Positions 19,308-29,540 of a DNA stretch of 45,226 nt are shown in pieces. The DNA is taken from positions 1-45,226 of the forward strand of contig CAXYZX010000001.1 in NCBI GenBank assembly GCA_964293845.1, read 5' to 3'. This stretch comes from an uncultured Dechloromonas sp. (GTDB lineage Bacteria > Pseudomonadota > Gammaproteobacteria > Burkholderiales > Rhodocyclaceae). The notes below the pieces were generated by a model. It had not been told where the DNA came from, did not search any database, and was given only the letters and a program-made list of their open reading frames with translations. The translations under genes were made by a program, and so were the position numbers. The stretch's first letter is position 1. Each line of letters starts with the position of its first letter.

Positions 19308-20642
19308 GTGAGCGAAACTTTGGGGCTGGCCATGCTGGCTGGTGTAATCGTTATCCTGCTCTTGCAGGCGGTGTTGCTCTGGCGTGCTCAACATAGCTCC
19401 GAGGACGATTTGCGCTGGCGCACGCTGCAGGACAGTCAGGAAAAAGGGTTGGCCCGACTGGAGCGAGAATTACGTGAAGAGCTGTCGCGCGGACGGCGTG
19501 AGGATACCGAAGAGTCGTTCCGCGATCGAGAAGAGCGCGCGCAATCGGCGAATCTTCTGGCGCAGGCATTGAGTACCCAGGTTGGACAGTTTGGGGCCTC
19601 GCAGGCCGAACGTCTGGAGGCCTTTGCCCGTGAATTGAACCGCTTTTCTCTCGGTCTGGATGAGCGTTTCGAGCGGCTAAAAATAGCCGTCGAAGGGCGG
19701 TTGACCGCAATGCAGGCAGACAATGCAGCGAAGCTTGAGGAAATGCGGCGCACGGTCGACGAGAAGTTGCACGCCACACTGGAGCAACGGCTTGGTCAGT
19801 CCTTCAAGCTGGTCAGCGATCGCCTGGAGCAGGTGCATCGCGGTCTGGGTGAGATGCAGACGCTGGCCGCCGGTGTCGGTGATCTCAAGCGCGTACTGAC
19901 CAACGTCAAGACGCGTGGTACCTGGGGTGAAGTTCAGCTCGCTGCCCTCCTTGAACAACTGCTGACCGCCGAGCAGTTTTCGGCCAATGTGATTACCCGC
20001 CCCGGGAGCAACGAGCGCGTCGATTTCGCCATTCGTCTACCGGGCAAGGGCGATGGTGCGGTGGTCTGGTTGCCGATTGATGCCAAGTTCCCGATCGAGG
20101 ATTACCAGCGCTTGCTGGATGCTCAGGATCGCTGTGAGCCGGCATTGGTCGAGGAAGCAGCGCGAGCTATCGAAAGCCGGCTGAAAGGTGAAGCGAAGAG
20201 TATTCACGAAAAATATGTCTCGCCACCGCACACGACGGACTTTGCCATGCTTTACTTGCCCATCGAAGGTTTGTATGCCGAAGCTTTGCGCCGCCCCGGT
20301 CTGGCCGAGGCCTTGCAGCGCGACTATCGGGTCAGTCTGGCAGGGCCAACGACCTTGGCAGCACTGCTTAACAGTCTGCAAATGGGTTTTCGAACACTGG
20401 CTATCGAGCAACGTTCGGCAGAGGTTTGGGCCGTGCTCGGTGCAGTGAAAACCGAGTTTGGCAAGTTTGGCGAAGCGCTGGCACATACCAAGAAGAAGCT
20501 TGATGAAGCCAGCAACAGCATCAGCAAGGCAGAAACACGAACCCGCCAACTGTCGCGCCGCTTAAAGGAAGTCGAAGCGTTGCCGCTTGGTGAAGCTGAG
20601 CAATTGATAGGAATAACGGATCTAGATGGCGAAGACAACTGA
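19308..20642 (+). CDS. rmuC: DNA recombination protein RmuC
   Basis: N-terminal TM and coiled coil; VKTRGTWGEVQL, RVDFAIRLP, PIDAKFP, GPTTLAALLNSLQMGFRTLAIE. Confidence 0.93.
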   Translation: MSETLGLAMLAGVIVILLLQAVLLWRAQHSSEDDLRWRTLQDSQEKGLARLERELREELSRGRREDTEESFRDREERAQSANLLAQALSTQVGQFGASQAERLEAFARELNRFSLGLDERFERLKIAVEGRLTAMQADNAAKLEEMRRTVDEKLHATLEQRLGQSFKLVSDRLEQVHRGLGEMQTLAAGVGDLKRVLTNVKTRGTWGEVQLAALLEQLLTAEQFSANVITRPGSNERVDFAIRLPGKGDGAVVWLPIDAKFPIEDYQRLLDAQDRCEPALVEEAARAIESRLKGEAKSIHEKYVSPPHTTDFAMLYLPIEGLYAEALRRPGLAEALQRDYRVSLAGPTTLAALLNSLQMGFRTLAIEQRSAEVWAVLGAVKTEFGKFGEALAHTKKKLDEASNSISKAETRTRQLSRRLKEVEALPLGEAEQLIGITDLDGEDN

Positions 20643-21054
20643 ACTGGAAGCGGCTTACCGGGCAACAAGCTATCGGGTTTTTCTGCCCGGCGGGTGCTGT
20701 GAATTGCATATTGATCAAGCTTCGGAAAACCTGCGCTGCTGGCTGGAGACTGCCGGGGCCAGTGAGTTTGTGGTGCTCACTGCACACAATCCGGGTTCTC
20801 AGAAGCTTGGCATGGAAGCCAACATGGAACGTCAGTCCGCCATGGAGGTTTTTCTCCTCGAAAATAACTATGAACCCTACGCTGGCGAGAATGTTGCGGA
20901 TGACGCAAGCTGGCCTGCGGAGGAGATTTGTTTTGTCACCGATCTGGGGCTGGCTGACGCCAAGGCGCTGGGCGCAAAATTTGGGCAAAATGCCATAGTG
21001 CATGGCGTGGCAGACGGAATTCCCCGCCTGGTGTGGATAGAAGAAACTGAATGA
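20626..21054 (+). CDS. DUF3293 family protein
   Basis: AAY..T.Y, LTAHNPGS, W..E and FGQNAIV motifs. Confidence 0.8.
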   Translation: MAKTTELEAAYRATSYRVFLPGGCCELHIDQASENLRCWLETAGASEFVVLTAHNPGSQKLGMEANMERQSAMEVFLLENNYEPYAGENVADDASWPAEEICFVTDLGLADAKALGAKFGQNAIVHGVADGIPRLVWIEETE

Positions 21055-23417
21055 ATAAAAAAATCGGTCGTTTCGAGGTACGTAGCGAGTTGGGACGCGG
21101 CGCGCAAAGCGTGGTCTATCTGGGCTTTGATCCACAATTGCAGCGTGAAGTTGCGATCAAGACGGTGCGCTTTTCCCAGCCTGATGCGGCCAGGAACAAA
21201 GTCTTGCTTGACGAGGCGCGGACGGTCAGCAAGCTGCGTCACGCCAATATTGTGCCGATTTTTGATGCCGGTGAAGAGGCTGGCGGGGTCTATCTGGTTT
21301 TTGAATATGTGCCGGGCAAAAATTTGGCGGAGTTTCTGGTCGGTAGCGGTGCTTTGTCACCGGTCAAGGCTGTCACTTTGTTGCGTCCGATTCTTGACGC
21401 CATCGCCTGTGCACATGCCCAGCGCATCATCCATCGCGACCTGAAGCCATCGAATATTCTGCTGGACGAAAATGGCACTCCACGCGTCATGGATTTCGGG
21501 ATTGCGACACGCGTTGGCAATGCCGATGGTGAGCTTGAGGAATACTCCGGTACGCCGGCCTACATGGCGCCAGAATATGTGGCACGACGTGAAGTAAGCG
21601 AGCGTTCTGATCTGTTTTCCGCCGGACTTATACTTTTTGAAATGCTGGTTGGGCGGCAGGCGATTGAAGGCGACAACATTTTTCAGGTCATGCACCGGCT
21701 GGCCAATGAGGATGTCAAGTTGCCAGCAAATGTAGCGGTCGACGAGAGAATCAGCAACATTTTTTACAAGGCCGTGGCGCGAGATCCACTCTTGCGCTAT
21801 CAAAGTGCTACTCAGTTTGGCGAGGCGCTGGATAATTATCTGGACCCGGAGGATGAGCAAAAGCGCGATGGTGACGGGCGTCAGTCCACGCTTGATTTCC
21901 TGTTGCGCCGCATGCGGCACAAGACAGATTTCCCGGCGCTTTCCGAGTCGGTCAGCGCGATCAATAAGATCGCCAACAGTGAAACCGAGAGCATCAACAA
22001 GCTTTCCAACTCCATCCTCAAGGATTTTGCGCTAACCAACAAGTTGTTGCGCCTGGTCAATTCGGCTTATTTCCGCCCGGCGGGAGGGGGAAGCATCAGC
22101 ACCGTTTCGCGTGCAGTCGTTGTCCTTGGTTTTGAGGCAGTGCGCAATATCGCGATTACGGTTCTGCTGTTTGAACACATGCAAAACAAGGGTAACGCCA
22201 ATCAGCTCAAGGAAGATTTTCTGCGCGCCACGCTGGCCGGTATTCTGGCCAAGGACATTAGTGCCACGGCGCAAATGCGAGATCTGGAACAAACCTTTAT
22301 TTGTTCCCTGTTTCATAGCCTGGGGCGCTTGCTCTCGCAGTATTACTTCCCGGAAGAGAGCGATGAAATTCGTCGCATCATTGCCCAGAAGAACTGTAGT
22401 GAAGACCAGGCAGCATTGCAGGTACTTGCCATTTCTTTCGAGGACCTAGGCGTTGCCATTGCCAAACAGTGGGGGTTCCCGGCACTGATCGTCAGCACCA
22501 TGCGCAAACTGCCCGGCGGGCAAGTCAAGAAGGCTGGTAGTCAGGAGGAGCGTTTGCGTGTACTGGCCAGCCTCTCGAATGAGCTGTGCACAATCATCGC
22601 TCAGGCGACGCCAGAAGAACGCGAGAAGGAAATGCGCAAACTGATGGCGCGCTTTGCCGAGGCGGTCACGCTGGATGCCAAGGAAATTCAGCAAGCCGTG
22701 CAGCGCGCAATGATTGAAGTTGCCGATTTCGCGAGGGTAATTAATCTTAATTTGACTCAGACGAACATCGGCAAGCAGATTCGACTATTCGCCCAGGCTG
22801 AGGGGGGGACTGCTGCGGTTGACGCTGGAACGGAGGCTGATTCTTCGGATGGCACACTCCTGAATGAATCAAGCTCATATGCCGCTGAACCGGGTGAGGC
22901 AGTCGACGCCCAGGCTATCCTAACTGCCGGTATTCAGGACATCAGCAACACACTGGTTGATGGTTTCAAGCTCAATGATATTTTGCGCATCATTCTTGAA
23001 ACCATGTATCGGGCGATGGGTTTCAAGCGCGTCGTACTCTGTATTCGTGATGCCAAGGCCGGTGTAATGCAGGGCCGCTTCGGGTTCGGGCCGGAGGCCA
23101 ACGATGTGGCCAAGGCATTTCGTTTTCCCTTGACTTTCACTCCCGATGTTTTTCACGCATCGACGTCAAAAGGTGTCGATATCCTGATCAGCGATATAAA
23201 CGAACCCAAAATAGCGGCCAGGATTCCCGACTGGTATCGCAAGGCGGTACCTGCGCAATCCTTTGTTCTTTTTCCGCTTAATCTGAAAGGCAATCCGATT
23301 GCGTTAATTTATGCCGATCATGACGAGGTGGGTGGCATAGATATTCCGGAGAAAGAACTATCTCTGCTCCGCACCCTGCGCAATCAGGCGATTCTGGCTA
23401 TCAAGCAGGGCAGCTGA
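21051..23417 (+). CDS. Hanks-type Ser/Thr protein kinase fused to HDOD and GAF-like domains
   Basis: LGRGAQSVVY, VAIK, HRDLKPSN, DFG, GTPAYMAPE; HDOD signature ILKDFALTNKLLRLVNSAY..ISTVSRAVVVLG; C-terminal FVLFPL...PIALIYAD. Confidence 0.9.
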   Translation: MNKKIGRFEVRSELGRGAQSVVYLGFDPQLQREVAIKTVRFSQPDAARNKVLLDEARTVSKLRHANIVPIFDAGEEAGGVYLVFEYVPGKNLAEFLVGSGALSPVKAVTLLRPILDAIACAHAQRIIHRDLKPSNILLDENGTPRVMDFGIATRVGNADGELEEYSGTPAYMAPEYVARREVSERSDLFSAGLILFEMLVGRQAIEGDNIFQVMHRLANEDVKLPANVAVDERISNIFYKAVARDPLLRYQSATQFGEALDNYLDPEDEQKRDGDGRQSTLDFLLRRMRHKTDFPALSESVSAINKIANSETESINKLSNSILKDFALTNKLLRLVNSAYFRPAGGGSISTVSRAVVVLGFEAVRNIAITVLLFEHMQNKGNANQLKEDFLRATLAGILAKDISATAQMRDLEQTFICSLFHSLGRLLSQYYFPEESDEIRRIIAQKNCSEDQAALQVLAISFEDLGVAIAKQWGFPALIVSTMRKLPGGQVKKAGSQEERLRVLASLSNELCTIIAQATPEEREKEMRKLMARFAEAVTLDAKEIQQAVQRAMIEVADFARVINLNLTQTNIGKQIRLFAQAEGGTAAVDAGTEADSSDGTLLNESSSYAAEPGEAVDAQAILTAGIQDISNTLVDGFKLNDILRIILETMYRAMGFKRVVLCIRDAKAGVMQGRFGFGPEANDVAKAFRFPLTFTPDVFHASTSKGVDILISDINEPKIAARIPDWYRKAVPAQSFVLFPLNLKGNPIALIYADHDEVGGIDIPEKELSLLRTLRNQAILAIKQGS

Positions 23418-24245
23418 TTACCAGAGTTTCCACCAGGCGGTCTTGCGTTCCAGGCCTTGCTTGTAGAAGCGGCTGTTAGGGTAGTTTTGACGCATGATGC
23501 GATCAGCATCGTCACGCAGTTCAGTCATGCCCAACTTGTCGTAGGCGGTAACCAGAACAAACATCCCTTCTTCAACGGACGGTGTCTGCGGATAAGTCGT
23601 GATTGCAAACTGTGCGCGGTTAACTGCCGCAATGTAGGCGCCGCGAGCGACGTAATAGCGCGCCACGTTGACTTCCTGCGCAGCCATTGTGTTGACCAGA
23701 TAATTCATGCGCAGGAGGGCATCCGGCGTGTATTTGCTCTTTGGGAAGCGGGTGGCGAGGTCGCGCAGGGCATCAAATGATTCCCGTGCCGCCTTGGGGT
23801 CGCGCTCAGTTGAATCCTGGGAGCTGACGTAACCCATAAGCCCTAGGTCTTCATTGAAATTGACCAGGCCTTTCAGGTAGTAAGCGTAATCCACTGCCGG
23901 ATGATTGGGGTGCAGCTTGATAAAGCGGTCGCAGGCAGCAATTGCCGAACCGGGTTCGCCGGATTTCCAGTAGACATAGCCCAGTTCAAGCTGTGCCTGT
24001 TGGGCGAAACGACCGTAGGGGAAGCGGGCTTCGAGTTTTTCGAGGTATTTGGCAGCCTTCTCCCAAGAACCATCGGTCTGTGCATCCTTGGCTTCTGCGT
24101 ACAATTTGCTGGCTGACCAGCCGGCTGTTTCATCCTGTCCTTCCGGCAAAATACCGCAAGCCGAGACAAGTGCAGCAAGGAAAAGCGCCAAGAGCAGGCG
24201 AAAGCAGGCGGGAAATGACTGAAATGCGGGTAAACTTCGCATCAT
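23418..24245 (-). CDS. bamD: Outer membrane protein assembly factor BamD
   Basis: LVSAC lipobox, TPR-like LEARFPYGRFAQQAQL, RFIKLHPNHP.VDYAYYLKGL; divergent from rluD. Confidence 0.95.
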   Translation of the reverse strand: MMRSLPAFQSFPACFRLLLALFLAALVSACGILPEGQDETAGWSASKLYAEAKDAQTDGSWEKAAKYLEKLEARFPYGRFAQQAQLELGYVYWKSGEPGSAIAACDRFIKLHPNHPAVDYAYYLKGLVNFNEDLGLMGYVSSQDSTERDPKAARESFDALRDLATRFPKSKYTPDALLRMNYLVNTMAAQEVNVARYYVARGAYIAAVNRAQFAITTYPQTPSVEEGMFVLVTAYDKLGMTELRDDADRIMRQNYPNSRFYKQGLERKTAWWKLW

Positions 24246-25200
24246 GAACGATCCTATGGAAAACTGCGGCGATTATAGCCGAACTGAGCCACATCGCCTG
24301 ACGGTTCCTGATAGTTGCGGCGGTCGCCGTCTCGATCAGATACTTGCTGAGTTGTTGCCACAACATTCCCGTAACCGCCTGCAAGGTTGGGTGCGCGATG
24401 GTCTGGTGACGGTGGATGGTGTACTTGAATGCGAACCCAAGCATAAGCTGATGGGTGGCGAAAAACTGATCATTGCCGAGCCTGCAGACGCCAGTGTGCT
24501 GGCCGAGCAGCCGGAAGATATCCCGCTCAATATTGTCTTTGAAGACGAAACACTGATCGTAATCAACAAGCCGTCCGGGCTTGTTGTGCATCCTGGTAGC
24601 GGCAACTGGAGCGGCACCTTGCTTAATGCGCTGCTGCATCATCTGCCGGCCAACAATGAGATTCCACGTGCTGGTATTGTGCATCGCTTGGACAAGGACA
24701 CCAGCGGCCTGCTGGTCGTCGCCAAAACACTGGAGGCACAGACCGATCTGGTGCGCCAGCTTCAGGCGCGCTCCGTCAGAAGACAGTATCTGGCACTGGC
24801 GGCGGGAACCATCAAGAAGGATGGCGGGGTTGATTCGCCTGTCGGTCGCCATCCCGTGCAGCGGATCAAGATGGCAGTGGTGCCGGAGAGTCGAGGCGGC
24901 AAGCCCGCATTGACCTGGTATCGCATACTTGAAAAATTCACCTACTGTACTTTCCTTGAGTGTTCTCTGGAAACCGGTCGCACCCATCAAATTCGTGTGC
25001 ACATGACCTCAATCGGTCATCCACTGGTTGGCGATCAGGTTTATGGCAAGCCCAACCCACGCCTGCCGGAGTTTCATCGACAAGCACTGCACGCGACCCG
25101 CCTTGGTCTGGTACATCCGTTGACCGGACTCAAGATGCAGTGGGAAGTACCGATGCCCGAGGATATGCGCGAGTTGCTTGATTCGCTGCGCTATGGCTGA
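24244..25200 (+). CDS. rluD: 23S rRNA pseudouridine synthase RluD
   Basis: S4-like RLDQ, NKPSGLVVHP, GIVHRLDKDTSG, LETGRTHQIRVH, RQALHA. Confidence 0.95.
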   Translation: MNDPMENCGDYSRTEPHRLTVPDSCGGRRLDQILAELLPQHSRNRLQGWVRDGLVTVDGVLECEPKHKLMGGEKLIIAEPADASVLAEQPEDIPLNIVFEDETLIVINKPSGLVVHPGSGNWSGTLLNALLHHLPANNEIPRAGIVHRLDKDTSGLLVVAKTLEAQTDLVRQLQARSVRRQYLALAAGTIKKDGGVDSPVGRHPVQRIKMAVVPESRGGKPALTWYRILEKFTYCTFLECSLETGRTHQIRVHMTSIGHPLVGDQVYGKPNPRLPEFHRQALHATRLGLVHPLTGLKMQWEVPMPEDMRELLDSLRYG

Positions 25201-25921
25201 GAGGCTGATCCCGGAATGGTCAGCGCCACCCGGGGTGCACGCTTTACAAACCCTGCGTGCTGGTGGCTGTAGCCCCGCGCCTTGGGATAGTTTGAATCTG
25301 GGAGACCATGTTGGTGACGCGCCCGAGCGCGTTGCGACGAATCGTGGGCAATTGCGCCAATTGCTGCCGGCAGAGCCGTCCTGGTTGCAGCAAGTGCACG
25401 GGAATGTTGTGGTCGACGCCGAAAAGTGCCCAAGTTCTATGGCGGCAGATGCTTCCTTTGCGCGTCGTCCGGGGGTCGTCTGCGCGGTGATGACGGCCGA
25501 TTGCCTCCCCGTGCTGTTTTGTGATCGGGCTGGCACTGTTGTTGCGGCAGCTCATGCCGGGTGGCGTGGGCTGCAGGCCGGGGTGCTTGAGCAGACGGTC
25601 GCCAGTATGGCAGTGCCGCCTTCCGAGATTATGGCCTGGCTGGGGCCAGCAATCGGGCCAGCCTGTTTTGAGGTGGGTGACGAAGTGAGAGCGGCTTTTT
25701 TGGGCGTGTCAGCGCATTCTGATATTGCTTTTGTCGCTCGAAAGTCGGGTAAATGGCTGGCGGATATTTATGAATTAGCGCGTCAGCACCTGAATCGTTG
25801 TGGTGTGGTGGCGGTCAGCGGCGGAGAATTTTGTACGGTGAGTGAGAAAAGTCGCTATTTCTCCTACCGTCGCGATGGCATTACGGGACGCATGGCTAGC
25901 CTGATCTGGCTGGAGGCTTAG
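25193..25921 (+). CDS. pgeF: Peptidoglycan editing factor PgeF (YfiH)
   Basis: NLGDHVGD, QVHG, TADCLPV, AHAGWRG, FSYRR. Confidence 0.95.
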   Translation: MAERLIPEWSAPPGVHALQTLRAGGCSPAPWDSLNLGDHVGDAPERVATNRGQLRQLLPAEPSWLQQVHGNVVVDAEKCPSSMAADASFARRPGVVCAVMTADCLPVLFCDRAGTVVAAAHAGWRGLQAGVLEQTVASMAVPPSEIMAWLGPAIGPACFEVGDEVRAAFLGVSAHSDIAFVARKSGKWLADIYELARQHLNRCGVVAVSGGEFCTVSEKSRYFSYRRDGITGRMASLIWLEA

Positions 25922-25935
25922 CGTTAGCGCGTATA

Positions 25936-26733
25936 ATGCGCGCCTTTCCCCCGTCTGAAGTCCCTGTGAGCACTCTTTCCTGGATCATTGCCGTATCGCT
26001 GGCCGGCGGCGTTTTGAGCGTCACTGCGGCAGCCGCGTTGAGTATGGCTGTTGGCACGCATCGGGTCAGCATGCTGATTTCTTATGCCATCGGTGCTTTG
26101 CTGGGTGCGGCTTTTCTTGAGATTATTCCGCATGCGCTGGAGCACGGTGACCCGCACAAAATGGCGGCAACCATCCTGTTTGGTATCCTGTTTTTCTTTA
26201 TTCTCGAAAAACTGGTCCTTTGGCGTCATTGCCATCACGATCATTGCGAAGCGCATGAGGCGCAAACGCCGGCACATGATCATGGCCGCTCAGGGTTACT
26301 GATCCTGGTCGGTGATACTTTTCACAATTTTGTCGATGGCATCCTGATCGCCGCTGCTTTTCTGCAAAGTACCGAACTTGGTATTGTCACCGCGCTGGCC
26401 ATCATCGCCCACGAAATACCGCAGGAAGTTGGTGATTACCTGATTCTTCTGCACTCCGGTTACAGCAAGAGAAGGGCGCTACTGTTCAATCTCCTCTCCA
26501 GTCTGGCAACACTAGTTGGCGCCATGCTGGCCTATTTTGCACTCTCCGAATTGACGGAGTGGATTCCTACGCTGCTCGGACTGGCAGCGGCCAGCATGAT
26601 TTACGTCGCGGTCGCCGATCTGATTCCGGGCTTGCATAAACGCACGGAGCTTCGTGCCACCGTGCAGCAGGTTTTACTTATCGGGTTTGGTGTCGCTTCC
26701 ATCGTCGTTGTTCGTGCGTTGGCTGGCGAGTAA
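25936..26733 (+). CDS. ZIP family metal transporter
   Basis: His-rich loop HCHHDHCEAH..HDH; GDTFHNFVDG and AHEIPQEVGD motifs; true start may be GTG 25966. Confidence 0.92.
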   Translation: MRAFPPSEVPVSTLSWIIAVSLAGGVLSVTAAAALSMAVGTHRVSMLISYAIGALLGAAFLEIIPHALEHGDPHKMAATILFGILFFFILEKLVLWRHCHHDHCEAHEAQTPAHDHGRSGLLILVGDTFHNFVDGILIAAAFLQSTELGIVTALAIIAHEIPQEVGDYLILLHSGYSKRRALLFNLLSSLATLVGAMLAYFALSELTEWIPTLLGLAAASMIYVAVADLIPGLHKRTELRATVQQVLLIGFGVASIVVVRALAGE

Positions 26734-26904
26734 CTCCTGATAAGCCTTGCGCTGGCGGCGTACCTTGCTTCCGCTCATCCAGAGCATGATCGAACAGGGC
26801 ACTAACCCCCAGAGAAACAGGGTAAAGATGCCGGCAACAACGCTACTCTCCGTGATTGCCATAAGCAGCGCAACCCAGAGCCAACCAATGGCTATGATGT
26901 ACAT
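26674..26904 (-). CDS. Small hypothetical membrane protein (76 aa)
   Basis: MYIIAIGWLWVALLMAITE..., two TM segments followed by basic residues; sub-ORF of the track's 26674..27243. Confidence 0.65.
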   Translation of the reverse strand: MYIIAIGWLWVALLMAITESSVVAGIFTLFLWGLVPCSIMLWMSGSKVRRQRKAYQELLASQRTNNDDGSDTKPDK

Positions 26905-26928
26905 GGCGTAATTATGCATGTAAATCGA

Positions 26929-26957
26929 TTGACAGCGTTTGGGCGGGTATGGAGAAT
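26929..26957 (+). promoter_or_regulatory. Putative sigma70 promoter for phaC
   Basis: TTGACA-N17-GAGAAT. Confidence 0.45.
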
Positions 26958-26995
26958 CCAGAAGTTCCAGCCCCCCACCAATAAGCGAGACCCCC

Positions 26996-28726
26996 ATGAC
27001 GCAGCAGGGATCAAATGATAACGATGCATTTTTTGGTTCCGGATCGCCATTCATGAAAGCCGGACAAGACATGGCCCAGCAATTCATGGACTTTTTGAGC
27101 AAGGCGGGAAATCCGCACACGGCGGCGCCTCCGCCGGTTGATCCGCAGGCGCTGAACAGCATGCAGCGCGATTTCATGAACCAGCAGATGAGTCTCTGGC
27201 AGTCCGTTCTCAACAAGCAGCAGGGGCAGGCAGAACAATTCAAGGTGACGCCAGAGTCAGGCGATCGTCGCTTCTCGGCGCCCGAGTGGCGCGAAAGCCC
27301 GGTTTACGACTACATGCATCAGGCCTATTTGCTCAACACCCAGTTTGTTAAACAACTGGTCGAGCTAATGCCGGCCGAGGACGAAAAAGCCAAGAATCGC
27401 ATGCGCTTTCTGGCGCGTCAGGTTTCCGATGCGATGGCGCCCTCCAATTTTGCTGCAACCAATCCGGAATTCATCAAGGCCGCGCTGGACTCCAAAGGCC
27501 AGAGCATTACCGATGGCATCAATAATCTGATCAAGGATTTCGAGAAAGGTCGTATCTCGATGACCGACGAATCGGTCTTCGAGGTTGGCCAGAACATCGC
27601 CACCACCGAGGGCGCTGTTGTCTTCGAAAACGAAATGATGCAGTTGATTCAGTACACGCCGCTAACGCCCAAGGTCGGTACGCTGCCGATGCTGGTCGTA
27701 CCACCCTGTATCAACAAGTTCTACATCATGGATTTGCAGCCTGATAATTCGCTGATCCGTTTCATGATCGAGCAGGGCAACACGGTGTTCCTGGTTTCCT
27801 GGCGTAATCCGAAGGAAGAGCAGGGCAATCTGACTTGGGAAGATTATTTGGAGCAGGGGCCGATCACTGCGCTGCACGTCGTTCAGGAAATCTGCAAGGT
27901 CAAGCAAGTCAACGCACTTGGCTTCTGTGTCGGTGGTACTGTGCTGACCTCGGCGCTGGCCGTGCTGAAGGGGCGAGGAGAGGATCCGGTTGCCTCACTC
28001 ACCTTGCTCACTACCTTGCTGGATTTTGCTGATACCGGCGAAATTGGCTTGTTCATTGACGAAAACGGTTTGATGTCCCGTGAGGCAAGCATAGGTAAAG
28101 GTGGCTTGTTGCCGGCCCGCGATTTGTCGAGCACATTTTCTTTCCTGCGGGCAAATGACCTTGTCTGGAACTATGTAGCCAACAATTACCTGAAAGGTGA
28201 GAAGCCAAAAGCTTTCGACCTGCTTTACTGGAATTCGGACTCGACCAATCTGCCTGGACCGTTTGCCTGCTGGTACATGCGCAACCTCTATCACGACAAC
28301 AGTCTGCGTATACCGGGCAAGCTTGAAATGTGCGGTCAGCGTGTAGATCTCGGTCGTCTGGATATGCCAGTTTACCTGCTGGCGACACGCGAAGATCACA
28401 TCGTTCCGTGGCAGTCGGCTTATCAAAGTACACGTCTGCTGAGTGGCGATGTTCGCTTTGTTCTGGGGGCTTCGGGCCACATTGCTGGAGTAATCAATCC
28501 GGCCAGCAAAAATAAGCGCAGTTACTGGGTTGGCGATGACGTAAAAATCGATGCCGAAGGCTGGTTGACCGCAGCAGAAGAGAGGAAGGGCAGTTGGTGG
28601 AATGATTGGTCGGCTTGGCTGAAGCCGCATGCGGGTGCCTTACGCGCACCACGGAAACTGGGCAATACCAACTACAAGCCGATCGAACCGGCGCCTGGAC
28701 GCTACGTCAAGGAACGTGCTTCCTGA
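26996..28726 (+). CDS. phaC: Class I poly(3-hydroxyalkanoate) synthase
   Basis: DRRF, PSNF..TNP, PPCINKFYI.DL, GFCVGG lipase box (Cys), EDHIVPW (Asp), SGHIAG (His); start 26996 or 27053. Confidence 0.97.
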   Translation: MTQQGSNDNDAFFGSGSPFMKAGQDMAQQFMDFLSKAGNPHTAAPPPVDPQALNSMQRDFMNQQMSLWQSVLNKQQGQAEQFKVTPESGDRRFSAPEWRESPVYDYMHQAYLLNTQFVKQLVELMPAEDEKAKNRMRFLARQVSDAMAPSNFAATNPEFIKAALDSKGQSITDGINNLIKDFEKGRISMTDESVFEVGQNIATTEGAVVFENEMMQLIQYTPLTPKVGTLPMLVVPPCINKFYIMDLQPDNSLIRFMIEQGNTVFLVSWRNPKEEQGNLTWEDYLEQGPITALHVVQEICKVKQVNALGFCVGGTVLTSALAVLKGRGEDPVASLTLLTTLLDFADTGEIGLFIDENGLMSREASIGKGGLLPARDLSSTFSFLRANDLVWNYVANNYLKGEKPKAFDLLYWNSDSTNLPGPFACWYMRNLYHDNSLRIPGKLEMCGQRVDLGRLDMPVYLLATREDHIVPWQSAYQSTRLLSGDVRFVLGASGHIAGVINPASKNKRSYWVGDDVKIDAEGWLTAAEERKGSWWNDWSAWLKPHAGALRAPRKLGNTNYKPIEPAPGRYVKERAS

Positions 28727-28749
28727 TTATTTCCGGAGGAGGAAATTCA

Positions 28750-29490
28750 ATGTCAAGAGTTGCATTGGTTACTGGTGGCATGGGTGGCCTCGGTGAGGCG
28801 GTATGCATCAAGTTGGCGGCACTCGGCTTTAAAGTGGTGACTACCTATTCTCCGGGCAATGCCAAGGTCAAGGATTGGCTACAAGGCATGAATAACCTGG
28901 GTTATGGATTCAAGGCATATCCCTGTGACGTTACCGATTTTGACTCAGCACGTGAGTGTATTGATACCGTGACCAAGGATGTGGGTCCGGTCGATGTACT
29001 GGTCAATAATGCCGGTATCACGCGCGACATGACTTTCAAAAAGATGACCAAGGCGGATTGGGATGCGGTAATTCACACCAATCTTGACTCGGTATTTAAC
29101 ATGACCAAGCAGGTGCTCGACGGCATGACTGAGCGCCGCTGGGGGCGAATTATCAACGTCGGTTCGGTGAATGGGCAGAAGGGCGCTTTCGGGCAGACCA
29201 ACTACTCGGCAGCCAAAGCGGGCATGCATGGTTTTACCAAGGCACTTGCTCTGGAAGTTGCCAAGCAGGGTGTTACGGTCAACACGATTTCGCCGGGATA
29301 TATTGGCACCAAGATGGTGACGGCTATCCCGCAGGAAATTTTGGATTCAAAAATTCTGCCGCAAATCCCGGTCAATCGACTGGGCAAACCGGAAGAAATC
29401 GCCGGCCTCGTGGCTTACCTCGCTTCTGATGAAGCAGCGTTTGTCACCGGGGCCAATATTTCCATCAACGGCGGCCAGCACATGTACTGA
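28750..29490 (+). CDS. phaB: Acetoacetyl-CoA reductase (copy 1)
   Basis: TGGMGGLG, NNAGITRD, GQTNYSAAKAG; GGAGGAGG RBS. Confidence 0.95.
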   Translation: MSRVALVTGGMGGLGEAVCIKLAALGFKVVTTYSPGNAKVKDWLQGMNNLGYGFKAYPCDVTDFDSARECIDTVTKDVGPVDVLVNNAGITRDMTFKKMTKADWDAVIHTNLDSVFNMTKQVLDGMTERRWGRIINVGSVNGQKGAFGQTNYSAAKAGMHGFTKALALEVAKQGVTVNTISPGYIGTKMVTAIPQEILDSKILPQIPVNRLGKPEEIAGLVAYLASDEAAFVTGANISINGGQHMY

Positions 29491-29540
29491 CCGGCGTATT
29501 ATTTACCCCACTTTTAAATCAACAACAGGAAGGAATAACT

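Noticed and set aside
24130-25002. 290-aa minus-strand ORF
   Set aside because: Antisense shadow of rluD
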